Assembly (NCBI GenBank): GCA_977017645.1
Contig: OZ360225.1
Coordinates: forward strand, 4,278,001-4,342,000
Length of the DNA: 64,000 nt
Reading direction: 5' to 3'
Source: Torpedo marmorata
Lineage: Eukaryota
Shown: positions 25,500-38,600 of the stretch, piece by piece
Numbering within the stretch: position 1 is the stretch's first letter
Layout: each line of letters starts with the position of its first letter
Notes under the pieces: model-generated
Databases searched by the model: none
What the model was told of the DNA's origin: nothing
Seen by the model: only the letters and a program-made list of their open reading frames with translations
Position numbers and translations under genes: made by a program

Positions 25500-28400
25500 A
25501 CAGAGGGGGGATAGCGGGATAGGACAGGGGGGGATAGCGGGATGGTGGGGGGGAGATAGTGGGACGGTGGGGTTGATAGCGGGACGGTGGGGGGGGATAA
25601 CGGGACGGTGGGGGGGGATAGCGGGACGGTGGGGGGGAGATAGCGGGACGGTGGGGGGGAGATAGCGGGACGGTGGGGGGGAGATAGCGGGACGGTGGGG
25701 GTGAGATAGCGGGACGGTGGGGGGGAGATAGCGGGACGGTGGGGGGGATAGCGGGACGGTGGGGGTGGGGATAGCGGGACGGTGGGGGGGGATAGCGGGA
25801 CGGTGGGGGGGGGATAGCGGGACGGTGGGGGGGAGATAGCGGGACGGTGGGGGGGAGATAGCGGGACGGTGGGGGGGAGATAGCGGGACGGTGGGGGGAG
25901 ATAGCGGGACGGTGGGGGGAGATAGCGGGACGGTGGGGGGAGATAGCGGGACGGTGGGGGGAGATAGCGGGACGGTGGGGGGGAGATAGCGGGACGGTTG
26001 GGGGGAGATAGCGGGACGGTGGGGGGAGATAGCGGGACGGTGGGGGGAGATAGCGGGACGGTGGGGGGAGATAGCGGGACGGTGGGGGGGAGATAGCGGG
26101 ACGGTGGGGGGGAGATAGCGGGACGGTGGGGGGGAGATAGCGGGACGGTGGGGGGGAGATAGCGGGACGGTGGGGGGGAGATAGCGGGACGGTGGGGGGG
26201 AGATAGCGGGACGGTGGGGGGGAGATAGCGGGACGGTGGGGGGGAGATAGCGGGACGGTGGGGGGGAGATAGCGGGACGGTGGGGGGGAGATAGCGGGAC
26301 GGTGGGGGGGAGATTGAGGGACGGTGGGGGGGAGATAGCGGGACGGTGGGGGGGAGATAGCGGGACGGTGGGGGGGAGATAGCGGGACGGTGGGGGGGAG
26401 ATAGCGGGACGGTGGGGGGAGATAGCGGGACGGTGGGGGGAGATAGCGGGACGGTGGGGGGAGATAGCGGGACGGTGGGGGGGAGATTGAGGGACGGTGG
26501 GGGGGAGATTGAGGGACGGTGGGGGGAGATAGCGGGACGGTGGGGGGGAGATAGCGGGACGGTGTGGGGGAGATAGCGGGACGGTGTGGGGGAGATAGCG
26601 GGACGGTGGGGGGGAGATAGCGGGACGGTGGGGGGGAGATAGCGGGACGGTGGGGGGGAGATTGAGGGACGGTGGGGGGGAGATAGCGGGACGGTGGGGG
26701 GAGATAGCGGGACGGTGGGGGGGAGATAGCGGGACGGTGGGGGGGAGATTGAGGGACGGTGGGGGGGAGATTGAGGGACGGTGGGGGGGAGATAGCGGGA
26801 CGGTGGGGGGGAGATAGCGGGACGGTGGGGGGGAGATTGAGGGACGGTGGGGGGGTGATAGCGGGACGGTGGGGGGGAGATTGAGGGACGGTGGGGGGGA
26901 GATTGAGGGACGGTGGGGGGGAGATAGCGGGACGGTGGGTGGGAGATTGAGGGACGGTGGGGGGGAGATTGAGGGACGGTGGGGGGGTGATAGCGGGACG
27001 GTGGGGGGGAGATAGCGGGACGGTGGGGGGGAGATTGAGGGACGGTGGGGGGGTGATAGCGGGACGGTGGGGGGGAGATTGAGGGACGGTGGGGGGGAGA
27101 TTGAGGGACGGTGGGGGGAGATTGAGGGACAGTGGGGGGGAGATTGAGGGACGGTGGGGGGGAGATAGCGGGACGGTGGGGGGAGATTGAGGGACGGTGG
27201 GGGGAGATTGAGGGACGGTGGGGGGGAGATAGCGGGACGGTGGGGGGGAGATAGCGGGACGGTGGGGGGGAGATAGCGGGACGGTGGGGGGGAGATAGCG
27301 GGACGGTGGGGGGGAGATTGAGGGACGGTGGGGGGGTGATAGCGGGACGGTGGGGGGGAGATAGCGGGACGGTGGGGGGAGATAGCGGGACGGTGGGGGG
27401 AGATAGCGGGACGGTGGGGGGGAGATAGCGGGACGGTGGGGGGGAGATTGAGGGACGGTGGGGGGGAGATAGCGGGACGGTGGGGGGGAGATAGCGGGAC
27501 GGTGGGGGGAGATAGCGGGACGGTGGGGGGGAGATAGCGGGACGGTGGGGGGGAGATTGAGGGACGGTGGGGGGGAGATAGCGGGACGGTGGGGGGGAGA
27601 TTGAGGGACGGTGGGGGGGGTGATAGCGGGACGGTGGGGGGGGTGATAGCGGGACGGTGGGGGGGAGATTGAGGGACGGTGGGGGGGAGATTGAGGGACG
27701 GTGGGGGGGAGATTGAGGGACGGTGGGGGGGAGATAGCGGGACGGTGGGGGGGAGATAGCGGGACGGTGGGGGGGAGATTGAGGGACGGTGGGGGGGTGA
27801 TAGCGGGACAGTGGGGGGGAGATTGAGGGACGGTGGGGGGGAGATTGAGGGACGGTGGGGGGGAGATTGAGGGACGGTGGGGGGGATAGCGGGACGGTGG
27901 GGGGGAGATAGCGGGACGGTGGGGGGAGATTGAGGGACGGGGGGGGGAGATTGAGGGACGGTGGGGGGGGGATAGCGGGACGGTGGGGGGGAGATAGCGG
28001 GACGGTGGGGGGAGATTGAGGGACGGTGGGGGGAGATTGAGGGACGGTGGGGGCGGAGATTGAGGGACGGTGGGGGGAGATTGAGGGACGGTGGGGGGAG
28101 ATTGAGGGACGGTGGGGGGGAGATAGCGGGACGGTGGGGGGAGATTGAGAGACGGTGGGGGGAGATTGAGGGACGGTGGGGGGGAGATAGCGGGACGGTG
28201 GGGGGAAATTGAGGGACGGTGGGGGGGAGATTGAGGGACGGTGGGGGGAGATTGAGGGACGGTGGGGGGGAGATAGCGGGACGGTGGGGGGAGATTGAGG
28301 GACGGTGGGGGGGAGATTGAGGGACGGTGGGGGGAGATTGAGGGACGGTGGGGGGGAGATTGAGGGACGGTGGGGGGGAGATAGCGGGACGGTGGGGGGA

Positions 28401-29192
28401 GATTGAGGGACGGTGGGGGGAGATTGAGGGACGGTGGGGGGGAGATAGCGGGACGGTGGGGGGGAGATAGCGGGACGGTGGGGGGAGATTGAGGGACGGT
28501 GGGGGGGAGATAGCGGGACGGTGGGGGGGAGATAGCGGGACGGTGGGGGGAGATTGAGGGACAGTGGGGGGAGATTGAGGGACGGTGGGGGGAGATTGAG
28601 GGACGGTGGGGGGGAGATTGAGGGACGGTGGGGGGGAGATAGCGGGACGGTGGGGGGAGATTGAGGGACGGTGGGGGGAGATTGAGGGACGGTGGGGGGG
28701 AGATAGCGGGACGGTGGGGGGGAGATAGCGGGACGGTGGGGGGAGATTGAGGGACGGTGGGGGGGAGATAGCGGGACGGTGGGGGGGAGATAGCGGGACG
28801 GTGGGGGGAGATTGAGGGACAGTGGGGGGAGATTGAGGGACGGTGGGGGGGAGATTGAGGGACGGTGGGGGGGTGATAGCGGGACGGTGGGGGGGAGATT
28901 GAGGGACGGTGGGGGGAGATTGAGGGACGGTGGGGGGAGATTGCGGGACGGTGGGGGGGAGATTGAGGGACGGTGGGGGGGTGATAGCGGGACGGTGGGG
29001 GGAGATTGAGGGACGGTGGGGGGAGATTGAGGGACGGTGGGGGGGAGATTGAGGGACGGTGGGGGGGAGATTGAGGGACGGTGGGGGGGAGATTGAGGGA
29101 CGGTGGGGGGGAGATTGAGGGACGGTGGGGGGGAGATTGAGGGACGGTGGGGGGGAGATTGAGGGACGGTGGGAGGGAGATAGCGGGACGGT
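25500..29192. repeat. G-rich 21-22-bp minisatellite (GAGATAGCGGGACGGTG6-7 / GAGATTGAGGGACGGTG6-7), roughly 170 units, in RTTN intron 1
   Basis: Directly visible with two main unit types. Unit count estimated from length. Confidence 0.97.
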
Positions 29193-29194
29193 CC

Positions 29195-29668
29195 CCGGGG
29201 GGGGGAGGGGGGGGGTGGAGCGACCCCTCTCCTCCGAGGCGGGAGCACGGAACAATTCCAGGCTGCACTACGTGGGGAGCAGCCGACACGGCGCCTGTCT
29301 TCTACCTAGTTTGGTGATGAGCCCCGACAGATCCATGAGCAGCCGTCACAGCTCCCAGTCCCCGTTCAACCCTGGCGCCGGTCCGGCGGCAACATCCGTC
29401 CGGGTGACCTTCCGCGCCCAATATAGTTCCGCATGTGAAGCCGCGATTCTGTCGTCACGGCCTCCCCCGGACCCGGACCAGGACCGGACCGGGAGCTCTG
29501 CGGCCCAACGACGCCAACTGTAACTGGGATTACACCGACTCTTTGCACATCCCAACTTTGGAACGGGACGTTGTGGACACAAATCCCCGGCCTTCCCCGG
29601 GCGCTGTGCGCAGGCGCGGGAGCAGCAGCGGGGATGGCGGGCGGGAGCGCGGGATGGTGGTGTCGCGG
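29195..29668 (-). promoter_or_regulatory. CpG-island promoter / 5' UTR of RTTN
   Basis: High GC and CpG density around the start codon. NRF1-like TGCGCAGGCGC (29607-29617), E2F-like TTCCGCGCC next to CCAAT (~29410-29422), RFX half-site GGCAAC (~29388). TSS cannot be determined from sequence. Confidence 0.75.
29306..29336 (-). CDS. RTTN: Rotatin coding exon 1 (31 coding nt): MDLSGLITKL(G)
   Basis: ATGGATCTGTCGGGGCTCATCACCAAACTAG|gtagaa. Matches the rotatin start MVLAGLIRKLG and supplies the phase-1 G needed by exon 2. Confidence 0.92.
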
Positions 29669-32600
29669 ATGGGGAGGTGGGGTCACAGGGGAGGTGGGGT
29701 CACAGGGGAGGTGGGGTCACAGGGGAGGTGGGGTCACAGGGGAGGTGGGGTCACAGGGGAGGTGGGGTCACAGGGGGAGTGATGGGGAGGTGGGGTCACA
29801 GGGGAGGTGGGGTCACAGGGGGAGTGATGGGGAGGTGGGGTCACAGGGGGGAGTGATGGGGAGGTGGGGTCACAGGGGGGAGTGATGGGGAGGTGGGGTC
29901 ACAGGGGGGAGTGATGGGGAGGTGGGGTCACAGGGGGAGTGATGGGGAGGTGGGGTCACAGGGGGGAGTGATGGGGAGGTGGGGTCACAGGGGGAGTGAT
30001 GGGGAGGTGGGGTCACAGGGGGGAGTGATGGGGAGGTGGGGTCACAGGGGGGAGTGATGGGGAGGTGGGGTCACAGGGGGGAGTGATGGGGAGGTGGGGT
30101 CACAGGGGGGAGTGATGGGGAGGTGGGGTCACAGGGGAGTGATGGGGAGGTGGGGTCACGGGGGGTGATGGGGAGGTGGGGTCACAGGGGGGAGTGATGG
30201 GGAGGTGGGGTCACAGGGGGGAGTGATGGGGAGGTGGGGTCACAGGGGGGAGTGATGGGGAGGTGGGGACACAGGGGGGAGTGATGGGGAGGTTGGGTCA
30301 CAGGGGGGAGTGATGGGGAGGTGGGGTCACAGGGGGGAGTGATGGGGAGGTGGGGTCACAGGGGGGAGTGATGGGGAGGTGGGGACACAGGGGGGAGTGA
30401 TGGGGAGGTGGGGTCACAGGGGGGAGTGATGGGGAGGTGGGGACACGGGGGTGATGGGGAGGTGGGGTCACAGGGGGGAGTGATGGGGAGGTGGGGTCAC
30501 AGGGGGAGTGATGGGGAGGTGGTGTCACAGGGGGGAGTGATGGGGAGGTGGGGTCACAGGGGAGGTGGGGTCACAGGGGAGTGATGGGGAGGTGGGGTCA
30601 CAGGGGAGTGATGGGGAGGTGCGGTCACAGGGGGGAGTGATGGGGAGGTGGGGTCACAGGGGGGAGTGATGGGGAGGTGGGGTCACAGGGGAGTGATGGG
30701 GAGGTGGGGTCACAGGGGAGTGATGGGGAGATGGGGTCACAGGGGAGTGATGGGGAGGTGGGGTCACAGGGGGAGTGATGGGGAGGTGGTGTCACAGGGG
30801 GGAGTGATGGGGAGGTGGGGTCACAGGGGAGGTGGGGTCACAGGGGAGTGATGGGGAGGTGGGGTCACAGGGGAGGTGGGGTCACAGGGGGGAGTGATGG
30901 GGAGGTGGGGTCACAGGGGAGGGATGGGGAGGTGGGGTCACAGGGGAGGTGGGGTCACAGGGGAGGTGGGGTCACAGGGGGGAGTGATGGGGAGGTGGGG
31001 TCACAGGGGGGAGTGATGGGGAGGTGGGGTCACAGGGGGGAGTGATGGGGAGGTGGGGTCACAGGGGAGTTGGGGTCACTGGGGAGGTGGGGTCACAGGG
31101 GAGGTGGGGTCACAGGGGAGGTGGGGTCACAGGGGAGGTGGGGTCACAGGGGAGTGATGGGGAGGTGGGGTCACAGGGGGGATGTGGGGTCACAGGGGGA
31201 GTGATGGGGAGGTGGGGTCACAGGGGGGAGGTGGGGTCACAGGGGGAGTGATGGGGAGGTGGGGTCACAGGGGGGAGTGATGGGGAGGTGGGGTCACGGG
31301 GGGGAGGTGGGGTCACAGGGGAGTGATGGGGAGGTGGGGTCACAGGGGAGTGATGGGGAGGTGGGGTCACAGGGGAGTGATGGGGAGGTGGGGTCACAGG
31401 GGAGTGATGGGGAGGTGGGGTCACAGGGGAGTGATGGGGAGGTGGGGTCACATGGGGGAGTGATGGGGAGGTGGGGTCACGGGGGGGAGGTGGGGTCACA
31501 GGGGAGTGATGGGGAGGTGGGGTCACAGGGGGGTGATGGGGAGGTGGGGTCACAGGGGGGAGTGATGGGGAGGTGGGGTCACAGGGGGGAGTGATGGGGT
31601 GGTGGGGTCACAGGGGGGAGGTGGGGTCACAGGGGAGTGATGGGGAGGTGGGGTCACAGGGGGAGTGATGGGGAGGTGGGGTCACAGGGGGGTGATGGGG
31701 AGGTGGGGTCACAGGGGGGAGTGATGGGGAGGTGGGGTCACAGGGGGGTGATGGGGAGGTGGGGTCACAGGGGGGAGTGATGGGGAGGTGGGGTCACAGG
31801 GGGGTGATAGGGAGGTGGGGTCACAGGGGGGAGTGATGGGGAGGTGGGGTCACAGGGGGGTGATGGGGAGGTGGGGTCACAGGGGGGAGTGATGGGGAGG
31901 TGGGGTCACAGGGGGGTGATGGGGAGGTGGGGTCACAGGGGGGAGTGATGGGGAGGTGGGGTCACAGGGGGAGTGATGGGGAGGTGGGGTCACAGGGGGA
32001 GTGATGGGGAGGTGGGGTCACAGGGGGGAGTGATGGGGAGGTGGGGTCACAGGGGGGAGTGATGGGGAGGTGGGGTCACAGGGGGAGTGATGGGGAGGTG
32101 GGGTCACAGGGGGGAGTGATGGGGAGGTGGGGTCACAGGGGAGTGATGGGGAGGTGGGGTCACAGGGGGGAGTGATGGGGAGGTGGGGTCACAGGGGGGA
32201 GTGATGGGGAGGTGGGGTCACAGGGGGGAGTGATGGGGAGGTGGGGTCACAGGGGAGTGATGGGGAGGTGGGGTCATGGGGGGTGATGGGGAGGTGGGGT
32301 CACAGGGGGGAGTGATGGGGAGGTGGGGTCACAGGGGGGAGTGATGGGGAGGTGGGGACACAGGGGGGAGTGATGGGGAGGTGGGGTCACAGGGGGGAGT
32401 GATGGGGAGGTGGGGACACGGGGGTGATGGGGAGGTGGGGTCACAGGGGGGAGTGATGGGGAGGTGGGGTCACAGGGGGAGTGATGGGGAGGTGGTGTCA
32501 CAGGGGGGAGTGATGGGGAGGTGGGGTCACAGGGGGGAGTGATGGGGAGGTGGGGTCACAGGGGGGAGTGATGGGGAGGTGGGGTCACAGGGGAGTGATG

Positions 32601-35600
32601 GGGAGGTGGGGTCACAGGGGAGTGATGGGGAGGTGGGGTCACAGGGGAGTGATGGGGAGGTGGGGTCACAGGGGGAGTGATGGGGAGGTGGTGTCACAGG
32701 GGGGAGTGATGGGGAGGTGGGGTCACAGGGGAGGTGGGGTCACAGGGGAGTGATGGGGAGGTGGGGTCACAGGGGAGTGATGGGGAGGTGGGGTCACAGG
32801 GGGGAGTGATGGGGAGGTGGGGTCACAGGGGAGGGATGGGGAGGTGGGGTCACAGGGGAGTGATGGGGAGGTGGGGACACAGGGGGGAGGTGGGGTCACA
32901 GGGGAGTGATGGGGAGGTGGGGACACGGGGGGAAGTGATGGGGAGGTGGGGACACGGGGGGAAGTGATGGGGAGGTGGGGACACAGGGGGGAGTGATGGG
33001 GAGGTGGGGTCACAGGGGGGTGATGGGGAGGTGGGGTCACAGGGGGGAGTGATGGGGAGGTGGGGTCACAGGGCGGAGTGATGGGGAGGTGGGGTCACAG
33101 GGGAGTGATGGGGAGGTGGGGTCACAGGGGAGTGATGGGGAGGTGGGGTCACAGGGGGGAGGTGGGGTCACGGGAGTGATGGGGAGGTGGGGTCACAGGG
33201 GGGAGTGATTGGGAGGTGGGGTCACAGGGGGAGTGATGGGGAGGTGGGGTCACAGGGGGGAGTGATGGGGAGGTGGGGTCACAGGGGGGAGTGATGGGGA
33301 GGTGGGGTCACAGGGGGGAGTGATGGGGAGGTGGGGTCACAGGGGGGAGTGATGGGGAGGTGGGGTCACAGGGGGGAGTGATGGGGAGGTGGGGTCACAG
33401 GGGGGAGTGATGGGGAGGTGGGGTCACAGGGGAGTGATGGGGAGGTGGGGTCACGGGGGGTGATGGGGAGGTGGGGTCACAGGGGGGAGTGATGGGGAGG
33501 TGGGGTCACAGGGGGGAGTGATGGGGAGGTGGGGACACGGGGGGAAGTGATGGGGAGGTGGGGTCACAGGGGGGAGTGATGGGGAGGTGGGGTCACGGGG
33601 GAGTGATGGGGAGGTGGGGTCACAGGGGGAGTGATGGGGAGGTGGGGACACAGGGGAGTGATGGGGAGGTAGGGTCACAGGGGGGAGTGATGGGGAGGTG
33701 GGGTCACAGGGGAGTGATGGGGAGGTGGGTTCACAGGGGAGTGATGGGGAGGTGGGGTCACAGGGGAGTGATGGGGAGGTGGGGTCACAGGGGGGAGTGA
33801 TGGGGAGGTGGGGTCACAGGGGGGAGTGATGGGGAGGTGGGGTCACAGGGGAGTGATGGGGAGGTGGGGTCACAGGGGAGTGATGGGGAGGTGGGGTCAC
33901 AGGGGGGAGTGATGGGGAGGTGGGGTCACAGGGGAGTGATGGGGAGGTGGGGTCACAGGGGGGAGTGATGGGGAGGTGGGGTCACAGGGGGAGTGATGGG
34001 GAGGTGGGGACACAGGGGAGTGATGGGGAGGTGGGGTCACAGGGGGGAGTGATGGGGAGGTGGGGTCACAGGGGAGTGATGGGGAGGTGGGTTCACAGGG
34101 GAGTGATGGGGAGGTGGGGTCACAGGGGAGTGATGGGGAGGTGGGTTCACAGGGGAGTGATGGGGAGGTGGGGTCACAGGGGAGTGATGGGGAGGTGGGG
34201 TCACAGGGGGGAGTGATGGGGAGGTGGGGTCACAGGGGGAGTGATGGGGAGGTGGGGTCACAGGGGGGAGTGATGGGGAGGTGGGGACACGGGAGTGATG
34301 GGGAGGTGGGGTCACAGGGGGGAGTGATGGGGAGGTGGGGTCACAGGGGAGTGATGGGGAGGTGGGTTCACAGGGGAGTGATGGGGAGGTGGGGTCACAG
34401 GGGAGTGATGGGGAGCTGGGGACACAGGGGGGAGTGATGGGGAGGTGGGGACACGGGGGGAAGTGATGGGGAGGTGGGGACACAGGGGGGAGTGATGGGG
34501 AGGTGGGGTCACAGGGGGGAGTGATGGGGAGGTGGGGTCACAGGGGGGAGTGATGGGGAGGTGGGGTCACAGGGGAGTGATGGGGAGGTGGGGTCACAGG
34601 GGAGTGATGGGGAGGTGGGGTCACAGGGGAGTGATGGGGAGGTGGGGTCACAGGGGAGTGATGGGGAGGTGGGGTCACAGGGGGGAGTGATTGGGAGGTG
34701 GGGTCACAGGGGGGAGGTGGGGTCACAGGGGGAGTGATGGGGAGGTGGGGTCACAGGGGGGAGTGATGGGGAGGTGGGGTCACAGGGGGGAGTGATGGGG
34801 AGGTGGGGTCACGGGGGGGAGGTGGGGTCACAGGGGAGTGATGGGGAGGTGGGGTCACAGGGGAGTGATGGGGAGGTGGGGTCACAGGGGGAGTGATGGG
34901 GAGGTGGGGACACAGGGGGGAGGTGGGGTCACAGGGGAGTGATGGGGAGGTGGGGACACGGGGGAGTGATGGGGAGGTGGGGTCACAGGGGGGAGGTGGG
35001 GTCACAGGGGAGTGATGGGGAGGTGGGGACACAGGGGAGGTGGGGTCACGGGGGGAGTGATGGGGAAGTGGGGTCACAGGGGAGTGATGGGGAGGTGGGG
35101 TCACAGGGGATTGATGGGGAGGTGGGGACACAGGGGAGGTGGGGTCACGGGGGGAGTGATGGGGAGGTGGGGTCACGGGGGGAGTGATGGGGAGGTGGGG
35201 TCACAGGGGGGAGTGATGGGGAGGTGGGGTTACAGGGGAGGTGGGGTCACGGGGGGAGTGATGGGGAGGTGGGGTCACAGGGGAGTGATGGGGAGGTGGG
35301 GTCACGGGGGGAGTGATGGGGAGGTGGGGTCACAGGGGAGTGATGGGGAGGTGGGGTCACAGGGGAGTGATGGGGAGGTGGGGTCACAGGGGAGTGATGG
35401 GGAGGTGGGGTCACAGGGGGGAGTGATTGGGAGGTGGGGTCACAGGGGGGAGGTGGGGTCACAGGGGGAGTGATGGGGAGGTGGGGTCACAGGGGGGAGT
35501 GATGGGGAGGTGGGGTCACAGGGGGGAGTGATGGGGAGGTGGGGTCACGGGGGGAGGTGGGGTCACAGGGGAGTGATGGGGAGGTGGGGTCACAGGGGAG

Positions 35601-38600
35601 TGATGGGGAGGTGGGGTCACAGGGGGAGTGATGGGGAGGTGGGGACACAGGGGGGAGGTGGGGTCACAGGGGAGTGATGGGGAGGTGGGGACACGGGGGA
35701 GTGATGGGGAGGTGGGGTCACAGGGGGGAGGTGGGGTCACAGGGGAGTGATGGGGAGGTGGGGACACAGGGGAGGTGGGGTCACGGGGGGAGTGATGGGG
35801 AAGTGGGGTCACAGGGGAGTGATGGGGAGGTGGGGTCACAGGGGATTGATGGGGAGGTGGGGACACAGGGGAGGTGGGGTCACGGGGGGAGTGATGGGGA
35901 GGTGGGGTCACGGGGGGAGTGATGGGGAGGTGGGGTCACAGGGGGGAGTGATGGGGAGGTGGGGTTACAGGGGAGGTGGGGTCACGGGGGGAGTGATGGG
36001 GAGGTGGGGTCACAGGGGAGTGATGGGGAGGTGGGGTCACGGGGGGAGTGATGGGGAGGTGGGATCACAGGGGGGAGTGATGGGGTGGTGGGGTCACAGG
36101 GGATTGATGGGGAGGTGGGGTCACAGGGGATTGATGGGGAGGTGGGGTCACAGGGGATTGATGGGGAGGTGGGGTCACAGGGGATTGATGGGGAGGTGGG
36201 GTCACGGGGGGGAGTGATGGGGAGGTGGGGTCACAGGGGATTGATGGGGAGGTGGGGTCACAGGGGGGGTGGTGGGGACACGGGGAGTGATGGGGAGGTG
36301 GGGTCACAGGGGAGTGATGGGGAGGTGGGGTCACAGGGGAGTGATGGGGAGGTGGGGTCACAGGGGAGTGATGGGGAGGTGGGGTCACGGGGGGGAGTGA
36401 TGGGGAGGTGGGGTCACAGGGGGGAGTGATGGGGAGGTGGGGTCACAGGGGAGGTGGGGTCACAGGGGAGTGATGGGGAGGTGGGGTCACAGGGGGGAGT
36501 GATGGGGAGGTGGGGTCACAGGGGAGGTGGGGTCACAGGGGTGTGATGGGGAGGTGGGGTCACAGGGGGGAGTGATGGGGAGGTGGGGTCACGGGGGGGA
36601 GTGATGGGGAGGTGGGGTCACAGGGGAGTGATGGGGAGGTGGGGTCACGGGGGGGAGTGATGGGGAGGTGGGGTCACAGGGGATTGATGGGGAGGTGGGG
36701 TCACGGGGAGTGATGGGGAGGTGGGGTCACAGGGGATTGATGGGGAGGTGGGGTCACAGGGGGGAGTGATGGGGAGGTGGGGTCACGGGGAGTGATGGGG
36801 AGGTGGGGTCACAGGGGAGTGATGGGGAGGTGGGGTCACGGGGGAGTGATGGGGAGGTGGGGTCACAGGGGGGAGTGATGGGGAGGTGGGGTCACAGAGG
36901 GGAGTGATGGGGAGGTGGGGTCACAGGGGAGGTGGGGTCACAGGGGGGAGTGATGGGGAGGTGGGGTCACAGGGGGGGAGTGATGGGGAGGTGGGGTCAC
37001 AGGGGAGTGATGGGGAGGTGGGGTCACAGGGGGGAGTGATGGGGAGGTGGGGTCACAGGGGAGGTGGGGTCACAGGGGGGAGTGATGGGGAGGTGGGGTC
37101 ACAGGGGGGGAGTGATGGGGAGGTGGGGTCACAGGGGAGTGATGGGGAGGTGGGATCACGGGGGGAGTGATGGGGAGGTGTGGTCACAGGGGAGTGATGG
37201 GGAGGTGGGGTCACAGGGGAGGTGGGGTCACGGGGGGAGTGATGGGGAGGTGGGGTCACAGGGGAGTGATGGGGAGGTGGGGTCACGGGGGGAGTGATGG
37301 GGAGGTGGGGTCACAGGGGAGGTGGGGTCACAGGGGGGAGTGATGGGGAGGTGGGGTCACGGGGGAGTGATGGGGAGGTGGGGTCACAGGGGAGTGATGG
37401 GGAGGTGGGGTCACGGGGGGTGATGGGGAGGTGGGGTCACAGGGGGGAGTGATGGGGAGGTGGGGTCACAGGGGGGAGTGATGGGGAGGTGGGGTCACAG
37501 GGGGGAGTGATGGGGAGGTGGGGTCACGGGGGGGAGGTGGGGTCACAGGGGAGTGATGGGGAGGTGGGGTCACAGGGGGAGTGATGGGGAGGTGGGGACA
37601 CGGGGGAGTGATGTGGAGGTGGGGTCACAGGGGGGAGGTGGGGTCACAGGGGAGTGATGGGGAGGTGGGTACACAGGGGGGAGTGATGGGGAGGTGGGGT
37701 CACAGGGGAGGTGGGGTCACGGGGGGAGTGATGGGGAAGTGGGGTCACAGTGGAGTGATGGGGAGGTGGGGTCACAGGGGATTGATGGGGAGGTGGGGTC
37801 ACAGGGGGGAGTGATGGGGAGGTGGGGTCACAGGGGAGTTGGGGTCACGGGGGAGTGATGGGGAGGTGGGGTCACAGGGGAGTGATGGGGAGGTGGGGTC
37901 ACGGGGGGAGTGATGGGGAGGTGGGATCACAGGGGGGAGTGATGGGGTGGTGGGGTCACAGGGGATTGATGGGGAGGTGGGGTCACAGGGGAATGATGGG
38001 GAGGTGGGGTCACGGGGAGTGATGGGGAGGTGGGGTCACAGGGGATTGATGGGGAGGTGGGGTCACAGGGGATTGATGGGGAGGTGGGGTCACGGGGAGT
38101 GATGGGGAGGTGGGGTCACAGGGGATTGATGGGGAGGTGGGGTCACAGGGGAGTGATGGGGAGGTGGGGTCACGGGGGGGAGTGATGGGGAGGTGGGGTC
38201 ACGGGGGGGAGTGATGGGGAGGTGGGGTCACAGGGGGGAGTGATGGGGAGGTGGGGTCACAGGGGGGAGTGATGGGGAGGTGGGGTCACAGGGGGGGAGT
38301 GATGGGGAGGTGGGGTCACAGGGGAGTGATGGGGAGGTGGGGTCACAGGGGAGTGATGGGGAGGTGGGGTCACAGGGGAGGTGGGGTCACGGGGGGAGTG
38401 ATGGGGAGGTGGGGTCACAGGGGAGTGATGGGGAGGTGGGGTCACGGGGGGAGTGATGGGGAGGTGGGGTCACAGGGGAGGTGGGGTCACAGGGGGGAGT
38501 GATGGGGAGGTGGGGTCACGGGGGAGTGATGGGGAGGTGGGGTCACGGGGGGAGTGATGGGGAGGTGGGGTCACAGGGGAGGTGGGGTTACAGGGGGGAG

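Noticed and set aside
25173-29289. 1285-1360-aa proline-rich extensin-like ORFs as genes
   Set aside because: Open in all three frames only because the C-rich repeat strand lacks stops. Unit lengths of 21/22 bp shift frame constantly, and the region lies in RTTN intron 1.
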